A stretch of 64,000 nt of DNA from Laetmonice hystrix (taxonomy: Eukaryota), in NCBI GenBank assembly GCA_965235115.1, contig OZ249436.1, forward strand, positions 4,900,001 through 4,964,000, given 5' to 3'. Position numbers and translations under genes: made by a program. Shown in pieces: positions 62,001 to 64,000 of the stretch (positions are counted from its first letter, which is position 1; every line of letters starts with the position of its first letter). The notes under the pieces were generated by a model. The model was not told the DNA's origin. It was given only the letters and a program-made list of their open reading frames with translations, and searched no databases.

Positions 62001-64000
62001 CTCCTTTGCTTGTTCGGTACTTGGCGATGGGATATCTAATATAGAAAAGGCGTACAACGTCATTTGCCATTGTTAACTAAACCTTGACGGCAAACAGTCA
62101 TCAAACCTTGCAACGTTGTTGGACGCTTACAGATGGTCTGTAGGGGACACAGATTAGATTGGAGTAGATGATAGACCAAACGTATGGCCTGCCTCCTGGA
62201 CAATAAAGGCATGGAAACATAAAACATGAGGCGTCCCTATACTACTGGCTACTCTTGTATTCAAGCAGACGGTACAGGAAGGCCAAACAGTACAGGGAGG
62301 AATCGCTACAAGGTATACTGGCTTGCCTAGCACCCAAGCGAACACTACAGTGAGGCCGAACAGTACACTGTGGGGCCAAACAGTGTGGTAGGCCAACCAG
62401 TAGAGTGAGAAGTCCCTACATCTTACCCGTTGGCCTCTCGTAGCCATGCAAAAACTACAGTGAGGTAGTATAAACGAAAGGTACAGGCGAGGAGCATCTA
62501 ATGTTAAAATCTGGAGAAGATACTCGAATGTTAAGTGTACACATCACAACCATATATCTATAGCGAACGTACGAGACCTATACGTTTGACAGTTATACAT
62601 CTGGCCTAAGAATCATAATTTTTGGGGACGTAGTTTCAATTCGACGTATCATTTTTCGCTTATCATTGCTTTAACCTGTCTCTCGCCTAAGAGCCACAGG
62701 TGCCTGCCAGCCCGGCCAGGTGTACGTGGTGATTCCACCGTTGGCCGGAAGGCGGCAGTGCAGTCAGCCTCGCCGCCGCCGCTGCGCTGCACCCTGGTGT
62801 TTTCTGCCTGCACCATCTCTGTGTAGTCCTTCTTTGCTTGTTCGTTACTTGGCGATGGGATATCTAATATAGAAAAGGCGTACAACGTCATTTGCCATTG
62901 TTAACTAAACCTTGACGACAAACAGTCATCAAACCTTGCAACGTTGTTGGACGCTTACAGATGGTCTGTAGGGGACACAGATTAGATTGGAGTAGATGAT
63001 AGACCAAACGTATGGCCTGCCTCCTGGACAATAAAGGCATGAAAACATAAAACATGAGGCGTCCCTATACTACTGGCTACTCTTGTATTCAAGCAGACGG
63101 TACAGGAAGGCCAAACAGTACAGGGAGGAATCGCTACAAGGTATACTGGCTTGCCTAGCACCCAAGCGAACACTACAGTGAGGCCGAACAGTACACTGTG
63201 GGGCCAAACAGTGTGGTAGGCCAACCAGTAGAGTGAGAAGTCCCTACATCTTACCCGTTGGCCTCTCGTAGCCATGCAAAAACTATACAGTGAGGTAGTA
63301 TAAATGAAAGGTACAGGCGAGGAGCATCTAATGTTAAAATCTGGAGAAGATACTCGAATGTTAAGTGTACACATCACAACCATATATCTGTAGCGAACGT
63401 ACGAGACCTATACGTTTGACAGTTATACATCTGGCCTAAGAATAATAATTTTTGGGGGCGTAGTTTCAATTCGACGTATCATTTTTCGCTTATCATTGCT
63501 TTAACCTGTCTCTCGCCTAAGAGCCACAGGTGCCTGCCAGCCCGGCCAGGTGTACGTGGTGATTCCACCGTTGGCCGGAAGGCGGCAGTGCAGTCAGCCT
63601 CGCCGCCGCCGCTGCGCTGCACCCTGGTGTTTTCTGCCTGCACCATCTCTGTGTAATCCTCCTTTGCTTGTTCGTTACTTGGCGATGGGATATCTAATAT
63701 AGAAAAGGCGTACAACGTCATTTGCCATTGTTAACTAAACCTTGACGGCAAACAGTCATCAAACCTTGCAACGTTGTTGGACGCTTACAGATGGTCTGTA
63801 GGGGACACAGATTAGATTGGAGTAGATGATAGACCAAACGTATGGCCTGCCTCCTGGACAATAAAGGCATGGAAACATAAAACATGAGGCGTCCCTATAC
63901 TACTGGCTACTCTTGTATTCAAGCAGACGGTACAGGAAGGCCAAACAGTACAGGGAGGAATCGCTACAAGGTATACTGGCTTGCCTAGCACCCAAGCGAA
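44075..64000. repeat. ~828-bp macrosatellite, ~23-24 copies, continuing past the window end
   Basis: The same 80-aa ORF recurs at 45247, 46075, 46903, 47733 ... 63479 with spacings of 828, 830 or 831 bp. The first copy (~44075-44830) is clearly more diverged. Confidence 0.98.

Noticed and set aside
45580..63383. Recurring 97/133-aa minus-strand ORFs in the macrosatellite
   Set aside because: They overlap degenerate minisatellite-derived sequence and are frameshifted by the common 1-2 bp unit variants.
45247..64000. rDNA, 5S, histone or U snRNA tandem gene array, or hammerhead retrozyme array
   Set aside because: No recognisable rRNA, histone or U1-U6 sequence, and no CTGANGA...GAAA hammerhead core seen on either strand of the unit.

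Overview
Eukaryotic genomic DNA with GT-AG introns. A bilaterian invertebrate origin is inferred from the gene content and repeat types. The first ~37 kb hold four spliced genes rebuilt by hand from splice sites and reading frames: (1) the 3' half of sorting nexin-27 (SNX27, FERM-like region, + strand, 8 coding exons, 4416-10072); (2) a complete TTI2 (- strand, 4 coding exons, 12773-15191, ~526 aa); (3) head-to-head with TTI2, a 6-exon zinc-dependent MDR alcohol dehydrogenase (+ strand, 16450-29009, ~354 aa) whose motifs resemble the bacterial phosphonate-catabolism-associated ADH clade (TIGR03366/HpnZ); (4) a 3-exon class A GPCR (- strand, 34714-36786, ~329 aa). Introns and UTRs are packed with minisatellites (31, 52, 56, 59 and 78 bp units and one modular array) and MITEs. 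The last 10 codons plus stop codon of the ADH are amplified ~102 times as a 33-bp array. From ~38.5 kb there is a cluster of tRNA-derived Pol III (A/B box) elements, nested MITEs and a 52-bp minisatellite. A near-homogeneous ~828-bp macrosatellite (~23-24 copies, imperfect 14-mer higher-order period) then runs to the window end. Most long ORFs in the supplied track are repeat artefacts. All family assignments are from recalled sequence knowledge, not database searches.
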